From an uncultured Coriobacteriales bacterium (GTDB taxonomy: Bacteria > Actinomycetota > Coriobacteriia > Coriobacteriales > CAYVBA01), in assembly GCA_964448475.1 (NCBI GenBank), contig CAYVBA010000002.1:1-53466 (forward strand): a stretch of DNA of 53,466 bases, given 5' to 3'. The position numbers were made by a program, and so were the translations under genes. The notes under the pieces were generated by a model that was not told where the DNA came from, searched no databases, and saw only the letters and a list, made by a program, of their open reading frames with translations. This document shows, in pieces, positions 30,308-39,796 of the stretch. Within the stretch, counting starts at the first letter, position 1, and every line of letters starts with the position of its first letter.

Positions 30308-33300
30308 TGCCGCGGAGAGATGACATACGGAAGATCCTCGTCATCGGATCCGGGCCGATCATCATCGGACAGGCATCCGAGTTCGACTATTCGGGGACCC
30401 AGGCGTGCAAGGTGCTGAAGGATCAAGGTTACGAGGTCGTGCTGGTCAACTCGAACCCCGCGACCATCATGACCGATCCCGGCATGGCTACACGTACGTA
30501 CGTGGAGCCCATAACGCCCGAGGTCGTCACACGCGTCATCCAGGAGGAGCGGCCGGATGCGCTGCTTCCGAACCTGGGAGGACAGACAGCGCTCAACACA
30601 GCGGTCGCACTCGCTGAGTCGGGTGTGCTCGAGGAGTACGGCGTCGAGGTCATCGGTTGTCGTATCGAGTCGATCCAGCGCGGTGAGGATCGGAAGCTCT
30701 TCGCCGAGGCTATGCAGAACATCGGACTCGAGATCGTGCGAGGGGACTACGCGTACTCCGTCGCGGATGCTGAGAGGATCGCCGGTGAACTCGGATTCCC
30801 CGTCGTGCTGCGCCCTTCGTTCACGCTCGGCGGCGCGGGAGGCGGTATCGCTTACAACGTAGAGGAGTTGCGACAGATCGTGTCGCAAGGACTCGATCTC
30901 TCACCCGCTGGCGAGGTGCTCATCGAGGAGAGCATCATCGGGTGGAAGGAGCTCGAGATGGAGGTGATCCGTGACAGGACCGGCGCTGCCGTCGTGGTCT
31001 GCTCCATCGAGAACTTCGATCCCATGGGAGTCCACACGGGTGACTCGATCACCGTTGCTCCCGCTCAGACGCTATCCGAGGAGATCACGCAGCGCCTGCG
31101 AGATGCGTCCATCGCCGTGCTCGAAGAGATCGGTGTCGACTCCGGCGGCTCGAACGTGCAGTTCGCGATCCATCCTGAGACCGGTCGCATGATCGTCATC
31201 GAGATGAATCCACGCGTATCGCGTTCCTCCGCACTCGCTTCAAAGGCCACGGGGTACCCCATCGCAAAGATCACAGCACTTCTCGCCATCGGGTTCGACC
31301 TCTCGGAGATCGAGAACGACCTCGTGCCGGGACTCACCATCGACCGCGATCCCGTCATCGATTACTGCGTGGTCAAGGTGCCGCGGTTCGCGTTCGAGAA
31401 ATTCGCGGGTACTGATGAGACGCTCACCACCCGTATGAAGGCGGTGGGTGAGGTCATGGGCATCGGGCGTTCGTTCGAGGAAGCGCTCAACAAGGCCATG
31501 AGGTCGCTCGAGAACGGCCGGACCGGCCTCGTCTCGCAGGAAGCTGCGAAGGCAGACGACCGTGAGCTCAACCGGAGGCTCTCAGTACCGACAGCTGACC
31601 GGATCTACTACATAGCCGAAGCGCTCCGTCGCGGCATGACCGTCGCTGAGATCAACGAGCTGACCGACATCGACCGGCTCTTCCTCACGTACTTGGAGCG
31701 TATCGTCGATCTCGAGAGGCGTATCGCCGAAGTCGAACTCCAAGGCCTGGGCGAGAAGCTCATGCGGGAAGCCAAACGTCTCGGCATCTCGGATGGGACG
31801 ATCGCCGAGCTCACGGGAGCAACCGAGCCCGAGGTGCGAGAAGCGCGTAAGGCGCTCGGCGTGACGCCCGTCTTCAAGAAGGTGGATACGTGCGCAGGTA
31901 TGCAAGAGAGCGCGAGCGAGTACGCGTACAAGACGTATGACGAGATCTCCGAGTTCGCTCCTGCTGAGAAACCCCGCGCGCTCATCCTGGGTGCAGGTCC
32001 CAACAGGATCGGCCAAGGGATCGAATTCGATTACTGCTGCGTCCATGCGGCGTACGCGTTGACCGACCTCGGATACGAGACGGTCATGATCAACTGCAAC
32101 CCGGAGACGGTCTCCACTGACTACGACACGAGCGATCGTCTCTACTTCGAGCCGCTCACCTTCGAGGACGTCATGGACATCGTGGACGTGGAGGATCCGG
32201 CTGGGGTGGTCGTGACGCTCGGCGGTCAGACGCCGCTCAAATTGGCGTCGGCCCTCACAGAGCTCGGTGTCCCCATCATGGGTACTCCGTATGACGCGAT
32301 CGACCTCGCGGAGGATCGTGACCGGTTCTCCAAGCTCCTCGATGAGCTTGGGATCGTCTATCCCGCATCCGGCATCGCCGAGACGCCCGATGACGCTGTG
32401 GAAGTAGCACGCAGGATCGGTTTCCCGCTCCTCGTGCGTCCGAGCTACGTGCTCGGCGGCCGTGGAATGGCCATCGTCTACGACGAGGCGTACCTCCGCA
32501 AGTACATGACGACCGCAGCTAAGGTCACACCCGACCATCCCGTCTACCTGGACACCTTCCTCGAAGGAGCCCTCGAGGTCGACGTGGATGCACTCTGCGA
32601 CGGAACCGACGTCTACATCGGCGGCATCCTCGAGCACATCGAGGAAGCAGGCATCCACTCCGGTGACTCCGCCTGTTGCACCCCGCCCTTCTCGCTCTCC
32701 GAATCCGTGCTTGCGACCATCAGGGAGCACACGCGCGACCTCGCTCTGGCCATCGGCGTACGCGGACTCATGAACATCCAATTCGCCGTCAAGGATTCAA
32801 CGGTCTACGTGATCGAGGTCAATCCTCGCGCGAGCAGGACGGTTCCGTTCAGTGCGAAGGCAACCGGTGTACCGCTGGCTCGTGCTGCAGCATTCATCAT
32901 GGCTGGAAGGGATATCGCTGATCTCGGACTACCTGACGATGACCGCGAGTTCGACCACTTCTCGGTGAAGGAGGCGGTCATGCCGTTCGGGCGCTTCCCC
33001 GGTTCGGATGTAGTACTCGGTCCTGAGATGCGCTCAACCGGTGAGGTCATGGGTGTAGCTCGTGATTTCCCGACGGCTTATGCCAAGACGCAGCTCGCCG
33101 TGGACTATTCGCTGCCTTCTGGTGGCACCGCATTCGTCTCGGTGAACGATAACGACAAGCGTGCCGTAGTCCCGCTCGTAAGAGAGCTCGTGGAGCTCGG
33201 GTTCGAGATCGTCTCCACGCGAGGCACTGCCCGGTCGCTGAAGGCCAACGGTATCCCCGTCAGACGAGTGAACAAGATGGGGGAAGCACGCCCCAATATC

Positions 33301-33531
33301 GGTGACGAAATCGCCAACGGCGCGATCGACTTCATGATCAACACGCCGTTCGGGCAGGAGACGAGATCCGATGGTTACCACTTGAGATCTGCTGCAGTAC
33401 GCCATGGTGTTACGTACGTGACCACGATCGAAGCTGCTCAAGCCATGGTACAGGCCATCGCGTCGTTCAAGGAGCACGACCTCGAGGTCATCGCCCTCCA
33501 AGATCTGGGGAACACGGAGGTCCAGGCATGA
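30307..33531 (+). CDS. carB: Carbamoyl-phosphate synthase large subunit
   Basis: 1074 aa with two ATP-grasp halves ([21 protein letters not shown]... and [20 protein letters not shown]...) and a C-terminal MGS-like allosteric domain. Confidence 0.97.
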   Translation: MPRRDDIRKILVIGSGPIIIGQASEFDYSGTQACKVLKDQGYEVVLVNSNPATIMTDPGMATRTYVEPITPEVVTRVIQEERPDALLPNLGGQTALNTAVALAESGVLEEYGVEVIGCRIESIQRGEDRKLFAEAMQNIGLEIVRGDYAYSVADAERIAGELGFPVVLRPSFTLGGAGGGIAYNVEELRQIVSQGLDLSPAGEVLIEESIIGWKELEMEVIRDRTGAAVVVCSIENFDPMGVHTGDSITVAPAQTLSEEITQRLRDASIAVLEEIGVDSGGSNVQFAIHPETGRMIVIEMNPRVSRSSALASKATGYPIAKITALLAIGFDLSEIENDLVPGLTIDRDPVIDYCVVKVPRFAFEKFAGTDETLTTRMKAVGEVMGIGRSFEEALNKAMRSLENGRTGLVSQEAAKADDRELNRRLSVPTADRIYYIAEALRRGMTVAEINELTDIDRLFLTYLERIVDLERRIAEVELQGLGEKLMREAKRLGISDGTIAELTGATEPEVREARKALGVTPVFKKVDTCAGMQESASEYAYKTYDEISEFAPAEKPRALILGAGPNRIGQGIEFDYCCVHAAYALTDLGYETVMINCNPETVSTDYDTSDRLYFEPLTFEDVMDIVDVEDPAGVVVTLGGQTPLKLASALTELGVPIMGTPYDAIDLAEDRDRFSKLLDELGIVYPASGIAETPDDAVEVARRIGFPLLVRPSYVLGGRGMAIVYDEAYLRKYMTTAAKVTPDHPVYLDTFLEGALEVDVDALCDGTDVYIGGILEHIEEAGIHSGDSACCTPPFSLSESVLATIREHTRDLALAIGVRGLMNIQFAVKDSTVYVIEVNPRASRTVPFSAKATGVPLARAAAFIMAGRDIADLGLPDDDREFDHFSVKEAVMPFGRFPGSDVVLGPEMRSTGEVMGVARDFPTAYAKTQLAVDYSLPSGGTAFVSVNDNDKRAVVPLVRELVELGFEIVSTRGTARSLKANGIPVRRVNKMGEARPNIGDEIANGAIDFMINTPFGQETRSDGYHLRSAAVRHGVTYVTTIEAAQAMVQAIASFKEHDLEVIALQDLGNTEVQA

Positions 33532-34337
33532 GCGTCGTGAGATCAACAGCCAAGCTGTATGACTACACGATCGTCTCCAACGAGGAGATCGCCGTCAATG
33601 TGTATCAGGTGGTGATCAAGTGCCCTGAACTCGCTCGCACCATCAAACCTGGCCAGTTCTTCAACCTCAAGGTGCCCGGTGATGAGAGGGAGCTCCTCAG
33701 GATCCCACTGAGTTTCTCGGAATGGGATCCTGAAGCTGGCACGGTCACAGCCATCTATCAGATCATGGGCCGTGGAACCGAACGCCTCAGCAGATTACCT
33801 CTGGGAACCGTGTCGGATCTCGTGGGACCAGCTGGTAACGGATGGCATATTCGTCCCGGCACCAAGCATGCTCTCCTCATAGGTGGAGGGCTTGGAGTGG
33901 CACCTCTCATGCCGTTCGCTAAGATGCTCGCAGATGAAGGAATCCCCTTCGACTTCGTGATCGGTGCTACCAGCGAATCGCGGCTCTACGGCGTGGAGTA
34001 TCTCGAGAGCGTGGGCGCTCGATCCATCGGGATCGCGACGGATGATGGTTCCTGCGGTATCCATGGCTTCTGTACGTCGCTCTCTCAGGACATGCTTTCC
34101 GATACCGACATCGAGGATTTCGACCTCGTGGCAACCTGCGGTCCGTATCCAATGATGAAGATCGTGGCCCAGCAGGCACATGATGCGAAGGTTCACTGCC
34201 TCGTCTCCATGGAGAAGGGCATGATGTGCGGGTTCGGCGCCTGCGGCTCCTGTGTCGTGGATACCGTCGCCGGACCCAAGGCATGCTGCATAGCCGGCCC
34301 CGTCTTCAATGCGAAGGGAGTGAACTGGGATGCATGA
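33528..34337 (+). CDS. pyrK: Dihydroorotate dehydrogenase B electron-transfer subunit (FAD/[2Fe-2S])
   Basis: FNR-like fold ([15 protein letters not shown]) and the C-terminal cluster motif [17 protein letters not shown] overlap with carB. Confidence 0.9.
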   Translation: MSVVRSTAKLYDYTIVSNEEIAVNVYQVVIKCPELARTIKPGQFFNLKVPGDERELLRIPLSFSEWDPEAGTVTAIYQIMGRGTERLSRLPLGTVSDLVGPAGNGWHIRPGTKHALLIGGGLGVAPLMPFAKMLADEGIPFDFVIGATSESRLYGVEYLESVGARSIGIATDDGSCGIHGFCTSLSQDMLSDTDIEDFDLVATCGPYPMMKIVAQQAHDAKVHCLVSMEKGMMCGFGACGSCVVDTVAGPKACCIAGPVFNAKGVNWDA

Positions 34338-35247
34338 TCTTGATATGTCGGTCCGCATAGGATCGCTCGTCATGAAGAACCCTGTCACCGTCGCTTCGGG
34401 GACGTTCGGTTCGGGCTATCAGTACGAGAACTTCATCGACGTCTCGCGCCTTGGTGCTGTCACCACGAAAGGCGTGTCACCCACTGAGTGGCTCGGGAAT
34501 GCTCAACCTCGTATGTGTGAAGTCACGAGCGGCGTTCTCAATACCATCGGCCTACAGAACCCGGGAGTCGACGGCTTCATCGCACGTGACGGGGGATACC
34601 TCGCTGAGCTTGATACGTCGGTCATCGTGAACGTCGTAGGCCATACGGTGGATGATTATCCCCTCGTGATCGAAGGTCTCGAGCACGCCGAATGGATCGA
34701 TGCCTACGAACTCAACATCTCCTGCCCCAACCTCGCATGCGGAGGGATGGCATTCGGCACCGATCCAATCCTCGCTTCCGAGGTGGTTTCGTCCGTGAGG
34801 AACCTCACCACTAAACCGCTCGTCGTCAAACTAACACCTAACACGGGGGACATAGCCTCCATCGCGCGAGCGGTCGAGGAGGCCGGAGCCGACGGCATCA
34901 GCTTGATAAACACGATCCCCGCTATGTCCATCGATGTCCCGACGCGCCGCCCGCGCACCAGCAGACCCATCGCAGGCCTATCCGGCCCAGCCATCAAGCC
35001 CATAGCGGTACGCATGGTCTACGAGGTGGCGCAAGCGGTGAACATTCCGATCATCGGGATGGGAGGCATCATGGACGCCATGGACGCGGCCGAGTTCATC
35101 CTGGCAGGAGCCTCAGCTGTCGCCGTAGGGACGGCCAACTTCAACGATCCCACCACGACGATCTCGGTCATAGAGGGACTCGAGAGCTGGGCGAGAAGCC
35201 AGGGCGTCTCATCCATCGACGAACTGAGGGGAGCGGTCGTATGCTGA
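34330..35247 (+). CDS. pyrD: Dihydroorotate dehydrogenase B catalytic subunit (class 1B)
   Basis: KNPVTVASGTFG, ELNISCPN, KLTPN, GLSGPAIKPIA and IIGMGGI motifs. SD AAGGGAG lies 9 nt upstream. Confidence 0.95.
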   Translation: MHDLDMSVRIGSLVMKNPVTVASGTFGSGYQYENFIDVSRLGAVTTKGVSPTEWLGNAQPRMCEVTSGVLNTIGLQNPGVDGFIARDGGYLAELDTSVIVNVVGHTVDDYPLVIEGLEHAEWIDAYELNISCPNLACGGMAFGTDPILASEVVSSVRNLTTKPLVVKLTPNTGDIASIARAVEEAGADGISLINTIPAMSIDVPTRRPRTSRPIAGLSGPAIKPIAVRMVYEVAQAVNIPIIGMGGIMDAMDAAEFILAGASAVAVGTANFNDPTTTISVIEGLESWARSQGVSSIDELRGAVVC

Positions 35248-35954
35248 ACAGACCTCAGCGCGACCGCGTGATCGTAGCCCTCGATCGACCGCGTTACGAA
35301 GCGCTGCAGATAGCTGAGAAGCTCGCAGGTACGGCTACCTTCGTGAAGGTAGGGATGTCCCTCTTCTACGAAGCTCCCTACGTCATGCGGGTGCTCCGGG
35401 ACATGGATCTGAAGGTCTTCCTGGACCTGAAACTGCACGATATCCCACATCAGGTGGGTAAAGCCGTCGCGAATCTCGCGCACCTCAGACCCGAACTCCT
35501 GACCATCCATGCATCAGGTGGCTCCCGTATGGTCGAAGCAGCGCGGAAGGCCATCGACGAAGCCGATATCAAGACCAAGCTCCTCGCTGTCACGGTCCTG
35601 ACGAGTCTCACCACTGAGGAGCTCACGGCATCAGGCCTCGGTGCGGGTCGGGATATACCGCATATCGTGTCCGACCTCGCTGCGGATGCGCTCGGAGCAG
35701 GATCGCACGGGATCGTCTGCTCGCCGCATGAGGTAGCTTCCATTCGGGAAGCGCATCCCGACGCTCTTCTCGTCACACCTGGTGTCCGCCCCACATGGGC
35801 TCACCCTGGGGATGATCAGAGGCGCATCATGACACCACGGGAAGCCATACTGGCAGGTGCCGATCATCTCGTGGTGGGAAGGCCGATCACCGAAGCGGAC
35901 GATCCGGTGGACGCATACGTCCGGATAGTGGAGGAGTGTGACCAAGATGGGTGA
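35241..35954 (+). CDS. pyrF: Orotidine 5'-phosphate decarboxylase
   Basis: VIVALD..., FVKVG, FLDLKLHDIPHQV, and the C-terminal LVVGRPIT motif. Confidence 0.9.
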   Translation: MLNRPQRDRVIVALDRPRYEALQIAEKLAGTATFVKVGMSLFYEAPYVMRVLRDMDLKVFLDLKLHDIPHQVGKAVANLAHLRPELLTIHASGGSRMVEAARKAIDEADIKTKLLAVTVLTSLTTEELTASGLGAGRDIPHIVSDLAADALGAGSHGIVCSPHEVASIREAHPDALLVTPGVRPTWAHPGDDQRRIMTPREAILAGADHLVVGRPITEADDPVDAYVRIVEECDQDG

Positions 35955-36543
35955 CAGCAAGCGGATCCTCGACATACTGAGTGAAGAAGGCGCTGTACAA
36001 CATGGTCATTTCGTGTTGACCAGCGGCAGACATTCGGACACCTACATCCAGTGTGCACGCGTTCTAGAGAAGCCAAGCCTCACTCTGGAGCTCGCGCGCG
36101 AGGCAGTTTCCAAGCTTCCTGAAGATATAGAGGTAGATCTGGTTGCATCCCCTGCAGTAGGTGGGATGTTGTTCGGATTCTCCGTCGCAGCAGCGCTGGA
36201 TGTACCGTTCATCTTCTCGGAACGTGTTGATGGGAAGATGTATTTCCGCAGGTCATTCACGGTTCCTGAGGGCGCAAAAGTTCTCATAGCAGAGGATGTG
36301 GTCACGACGGGCGGCTCGGTTGCCGAGGTCGTTGAGCTAGTGGAAGCAGCGGGCGGCACGGTTATCGCGGTGGTGTCATTAATCGACCGAATGTCCGATC
36401 GTAAGTTCACCGCTCCGTTCCATCCGTTACTCGAGCTGCCTACCGAGTCATGGGATCCAGACGATTGCACACTATGCAAGCAGGGTATATCCGTGAAATC
36501 GCTTGGAAGCAGAAGCTTGCATAATCCAACAGCATCAGCTTAA
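35947..36543 (+). CDS. pyrE: Orotate phosphoribosyltransferase
   Basis: GHFVLTSGRHSDTYIQC and the PRPP loop VLIAEDVVTTGGS. ATG 35947 (ATGGGTGA overlap with pyrF) is preferred over GTG 35938. Confidence 0.9.
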   Translation: MGDSKRILDILSEEGAVQHGHFVLTSGRHSDTYIQCARVLEKPSLTLELAREAVSKLPEDIEVDLVASPAVGGMLFGFSVAAALDVPFIFSERVDGKMYFRRSFTVPEGAKVLIAEDVVTTGGSVAEVVELVEAAGGTVIAVVSLIDRMSDRKFTAPFHPLLELPTESWDPDDCTLCKQGISVKSLGSRSLHNPTASA

Positions 36544-36634
36544 ACTGTTACCTTGCGAACGACGGACGAAGAGTCCGTAGAGCCCAGGAGGCTCTGAACC
36601 GTACGAAAGTAGTCAACCAACGTTTGGAGGCACC

Positions 36635-36943
36635 ATGGCTCTTCCCCAACTTTCCGATGCTGAGCGCAAGGCAGCTCTTGAGAAGGCAGCAGCTGCTCGT
36701 CACGCACGTGCCGTTCTCCGCGAGGATATCAAGGCTGGTAAGGTTTCTCTCAAGGAGGTTCTCGACTCCGAGGATCAGGTCGCTAAGCGTATGAAGGTTT
36801 CCGCACTCATCGAGTCCCTCCCCGGTTATGGCAAGGCCAAGGCTGCTAAGGTTATGGAAGATCTCAAGATCTCCGAGACCCGTCGTGTCCAGGGCCTCGG
36901 CGTCCGTCAGCGCGAGCAGCTTCTTGAGCGCCTCGGCAAGTAG
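36635..36943 (+). CDS. mihF: Actinobacterial integration host factor (mIHF)
   Basis: MALPQLSDAERKAALEKAAAARHARA...VSALIESLPGYGKAKAAKVMEDLKISETRRVQGLGVRQ matches mIHF. Canonical position between pyrF/pyrE and gmk-rpoZ. Confidence 0.8.
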   Translation: MALPQLSDAERKAALEKAAAARHARAVLREDIKAGKVSLKEVLDSEDQVAKRMKVSALIESLPGYGKAKAAKVMEDLKISETRRVQGLGVRQREQLLERLGK

Positions 36944-36953
36944 CAGGTAGCTC

Positions 36954-37538
36954 GTGCCGAAGTCCGCGCGGCTCTTCGTCGTATCAGGACCTTCGGGGGC
37001 GGGGAAGGGAACACTCGTCGGAATGCTCCGGCGGGTGCGCCCCGACCTCGCCCTCTCTGTTTCCGCTACCACCCGTGGTCCACGTACGGGTGAGAAGGAC
37101 GGGGTCCATTATCATTTCCTCACGGATGATGAGTTCGACGAACACGTAGCAGCCGGAGGGTTCCTCGAGTGGGCTGAGGTCCACAACAACAAGTACGGAA
37201 CCCTCAGGAGTGCAGTTCTCGATGAACTCGAGAAGGGGCATTCCGTGATCCTGGAGATCGACCCGCAAGGGGCCTACCAGGTTCGGGATGCCTACGATGA
37301 AGCCATTCTCATCTTCATCGAGCCGCCTACGCTCGAAGAGCTCGAACGACGCCTCAGGACGCGTGCGACGGAGACCGAGATGGATATCTCGAAGCGGCTC
37401 TTGGATGCACGTGAGGAGCTCGCTTGTATTCCTGACTACGACGCCGTCGTGGTCAACGATGATGTCGACCGATCTTTCCAGGAGTTGTGCGATGTCATCG
37501 AACGTTACGAAACTGGAGAACAAGACTTATGTCAGTAG
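36954..37538 (+). CDS. gmk: Guanylate kinase
   Basis: P-loop VVSGPSGAGKGTL, SATTRGPRTGEKDGVHYHF and LEWAEVHNNKYGT. GTG start. Confidence 0.9.
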   Translation: MPKSARLFVVSGPSGAGKGTLVGMLRRVRPDLALSVSATTRGPRTGEKDGVHYHFLTDDEFDEHVAAGGFLEWAEVHNNKYGTLRSAVLDELEKGHSVILEIDPQGAYQVRDAYDEAILIFIEPPTLEELERRLRTRATETEMDISKRLLDAREELACIPDYDAVVVNDDVDRSFQELCDVIERYETGEQDLCQ

Positions 37539-37801
37539 TAGAACCCAAGATCGACCGTCTCGTTGAAGTCACTCAGCAGGACCGCTACCTGCTCTGTGCA
37601 GTAGCCGCTAAGCGTTCCCGCGATATCAACAACATGATGCGCGGCCAGCGTGACCGAGCACTCGCTCTGCAGTCCGTTGACGAAATCTCCCGCCTCAGTG
37701 GTCGCAAGCCTCTCTCTATCGCACTCGAGGAGATCGCAGCTGGCGATGTGAGCTACGATAGCGAAGCTTTCGATTCAGCACTCAAGTCCCAGAACGACTA
37801 G
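37529..37801 (+). CDS. rpoZ: DNA-directed RNA polymerase subunit omega
   Basis: RYLLCAVAAKRSRDIN core. ATG 37529 follows the SD GGAGAA and overlaps the gmk end. The ORF-track extension lies inside gmk. Confidence 0.85.
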   Translation: MSVVEPKIDRLVEVTQQDRYLLCAVAAKRSRDINNMMRGQRDRALALQSVDEISRLSGRKPLSIALEEIAAGDVSYDSEAFDSALKSQND

Positions 37802-37804
37802 AGC

Positions 37805-38971
37805 GTGACCTCGCGCATCTGTCTCGTCCATTATCACGAGATCGGCCTCAAGGGAAGGAACCGATCGGATTTCGAGCGCACGCTCCGAGCGAACGTGGAC
37901 GAGACCCTCGAAGGACTTCCGGCTAAGAAGGCGACGCGTGTTTCAGGACACGAGGTCGTCGAAGTCACCGATGCTTCCCGTATCGATGAGATCGCAGGCC
38001 GGATCGCCCGCACTCCCGGTGTCGTCCGGGTGTCCATCGGCTACCGTACTTCTCGCGATCCTGAGGAGTACCTCCCACTCGCCGCTGAAGCGTTCGCGGA
38101 ATGCGATACGACCGGGACGTTCAAGGTAGCGGGTAGGCGCTCCAACACGGACTTCCCACTCACGTCCATGGACCTCAATCAGCAAGTGGGGGCGTACCTG
38201 TGTGAGGCGTTCCCGGATGCCATCGTGAAGATGAAGGATCCGGACACGACCGTCCACGCACATGTGATCCAAGGCAGCATGTATATCTACGCGCGCTCGA
38301 TCATAGGGGTGGGCGGACTGCCCGTCGGGTCAGCGGGTCGTGTCGTCTCGCTACTCTCTTCGGGAATCGATTCCCCGGTCGCTACGTGGCGCATGTTGAA
38401 GCGTGGTGCGCGGGTACTTCCTATCCATTTCTCAGGGCGACCACAGACGGCTGACACCTCGGAGTTCCTCGTTCAGGACATCGTCGAGCAGCTCGATATG
38501 GGTTCAGGTATCCCGAAGCTCTACATCGTGCCGTTCGGTGACCACCAGAAGGAGATCTCTCTCGCGGTTCCCGCCAGCATGCGCGTCATCATGTACCGAC
38601 GCATCATGTTCTCTGTGGCGGAACGCATCGCTCGTTCCGAGAACGCGAAGGCTCTCGTGACAGGGGAGTCTCTCGGCCAAGTGGCGTCACAGACGCTCGA
38701 CAACATCGCCGCGGTGGACGGCATCGTGGAGATGCCGGTGCTCAGACCACTCATCGGACATGATAAGACGGAGATCATCGCGGAAGCGAAGAAACTCGGC
38801 ACCTTCGATATCTCGACCATGCACGCCGATGACTGCTGCACGCTCTTCATGCCTAAGAATCCTGAGACCCATGCAGCCGCAGCCGCAGTCGAAGAAGCAT
38901 GGAACGGTTTCGATCACGAGAAGATGATCGAAGACATCCTCGATTCCGTCGAGGTCATCCGCTACATCTGA
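37805..38971 (+). CDS. thiI: tRNA 4-thiouridine(8) synthase ThiI (no rhodanese domain)
   Basis: Ferredoxin-like/THUMP N-terminus, PP-loop LLSSGIDSPVA, and GESLGQVASQT. GTG start 3 nt after the rpoZ stop. Confidence 0.85.
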   Translation: MTSRICLVHYHEIGLKGRNRSDFERTLRANVDETLEGLPAKKATRVSGHEVVEVTDASRIDEIAGRIARTPGVVRVSIGYRTSRDPEEYLPLAAEAFAECDTTGTFKVAGRRSNTDFPLTSMDLNQQVGAYLCEAFPDAIVKMKDPDTTVHAHVIQGSMYIYARSIIGVGGLPVGSAGRVVSLLSSGIDSPVATWRMLKRGARVLPIHFSGRPQTADTSEFLVQDIVEQLDMGSGIPKLYIVPFGDHQKEISLAVPASMRVIMYRRIMFSVAERIARSENAKALVTGESLGQVASQTLDNIAAVDGIVEMPVLRPLIGHDKTEIIAEAKKLGTFDISTMHADDCCTLFMPKNPETHAAAAAVEEAWNGFDHEKMIEDILDSVEVIRYI

Positions 38972-39082
38972 TCCGTTACGATCCCGCAACGATATCGCAA
39001 GGTCGACCTTAGGGTGCGCAGTCACCTTATGGGTCGCATCTCCTCTCATACGTAGCATCGGTATGCGAAGGAGGTTGATGAA

Positions 39083-39796
39083 ATGGCGAGGAGATCGACA
39101 CTCGACTCGTTGTTCACGCATATCGGAACTGCTGATGTCAGCGAATCCGCGTCACTGGTGAAGGTCGTAGTGATAACCGGGATCCTCTCCGTCATCGCCT
39201 CCTTAATATTCATCCTCTTCTTCGATGTAGGGCGAGAAGAGCGATTCATATCGACGACTGATGTCGCGCATCTCGAAGTCACTGCGACAGCAGAAGAGAG
39301 TGAGACCACCGCGACCGCTCCGATGATGGTTGTGGAAGAGACGAGGGGCGTGGAGCCACAGAGCATCATCGTGGACGTATCCGGAGCTGTCGTCGCACCA
39401 GGAGTCTTCGAGCTCTCCGAGGGATCACGGATAGCTGATGCTGTCACGCTTGCAGGCGGTCTCACTCCCGAAGCGGATCTCGCGCGGATCAATCTCGCGG
39501 CGCTCATGGAAGACGGCATGAAGATCCATGTACCTCAAGTCGGGGAGCCTGAACCTGCACCGGTCGTCCAAGCAGGTTCGCGGAGCATGGATGAAGCCAC
39601 TGCCGTGGTCCGTGTGAACACCGCTGATGTCCAGGAGCTGATGAGGCTACCCGGCGTGGGCGAGAAGACGGCAGCCGCCATCGTATCCGAACGTCAGAAG
39701 AACGGTCCGTTCTCCTCTGTTGACGATCTCGAACGGGTGTCGGGCATAGGACCAGCGAAGATCGAGGGATTCCGTGACCTCGTCGAGATCGGATGA
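39083..39796 (+). CDS. comEA: ComEA-family DNA receptor (TM anchor, SLBB domain, tandem helix-hairpin-helix)
   Basis: VNTADVQELMRLPGVGEKTAAAIVSERQKNGPFSSVDDLERVSGIGPAKIEGF. The SD GAAGGAGG is upstream. Confidence 0.8.
   Translation: MARRSTLDSLFTHIGTADVSESASLVKVVVITGILSVIASLIFILFFDVGREERFISTTDVAHLEVTATAEESETTATAPMMVVEETRGVEPQSIIVDVSGAVVAPGVFELSEGSRIADAVTLAGGLTPEADLARINLAALMEDGMKIHVPQVGEPEPAPVVQAGSRSMDEATAVVRVNTADVQELMRLPGVGEKTAAAIVSERQKNGPFSSVDDLERVSGIGPAKIEGFRDLVEIG

Noticed and set aside
38972-39082. The 111-nt thiI-comEA intergenic region, checked for a tRNA, small RNA or competence (cin/ComK-type) box.
   Set aside because: There is no T-loop or anticodon-arm pattern. Only short, imperfect hairpins are present (CGATATCG, CATAC/GTATG). 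TACGTAGC does not match the TACGAATA cin-box well enough to call.
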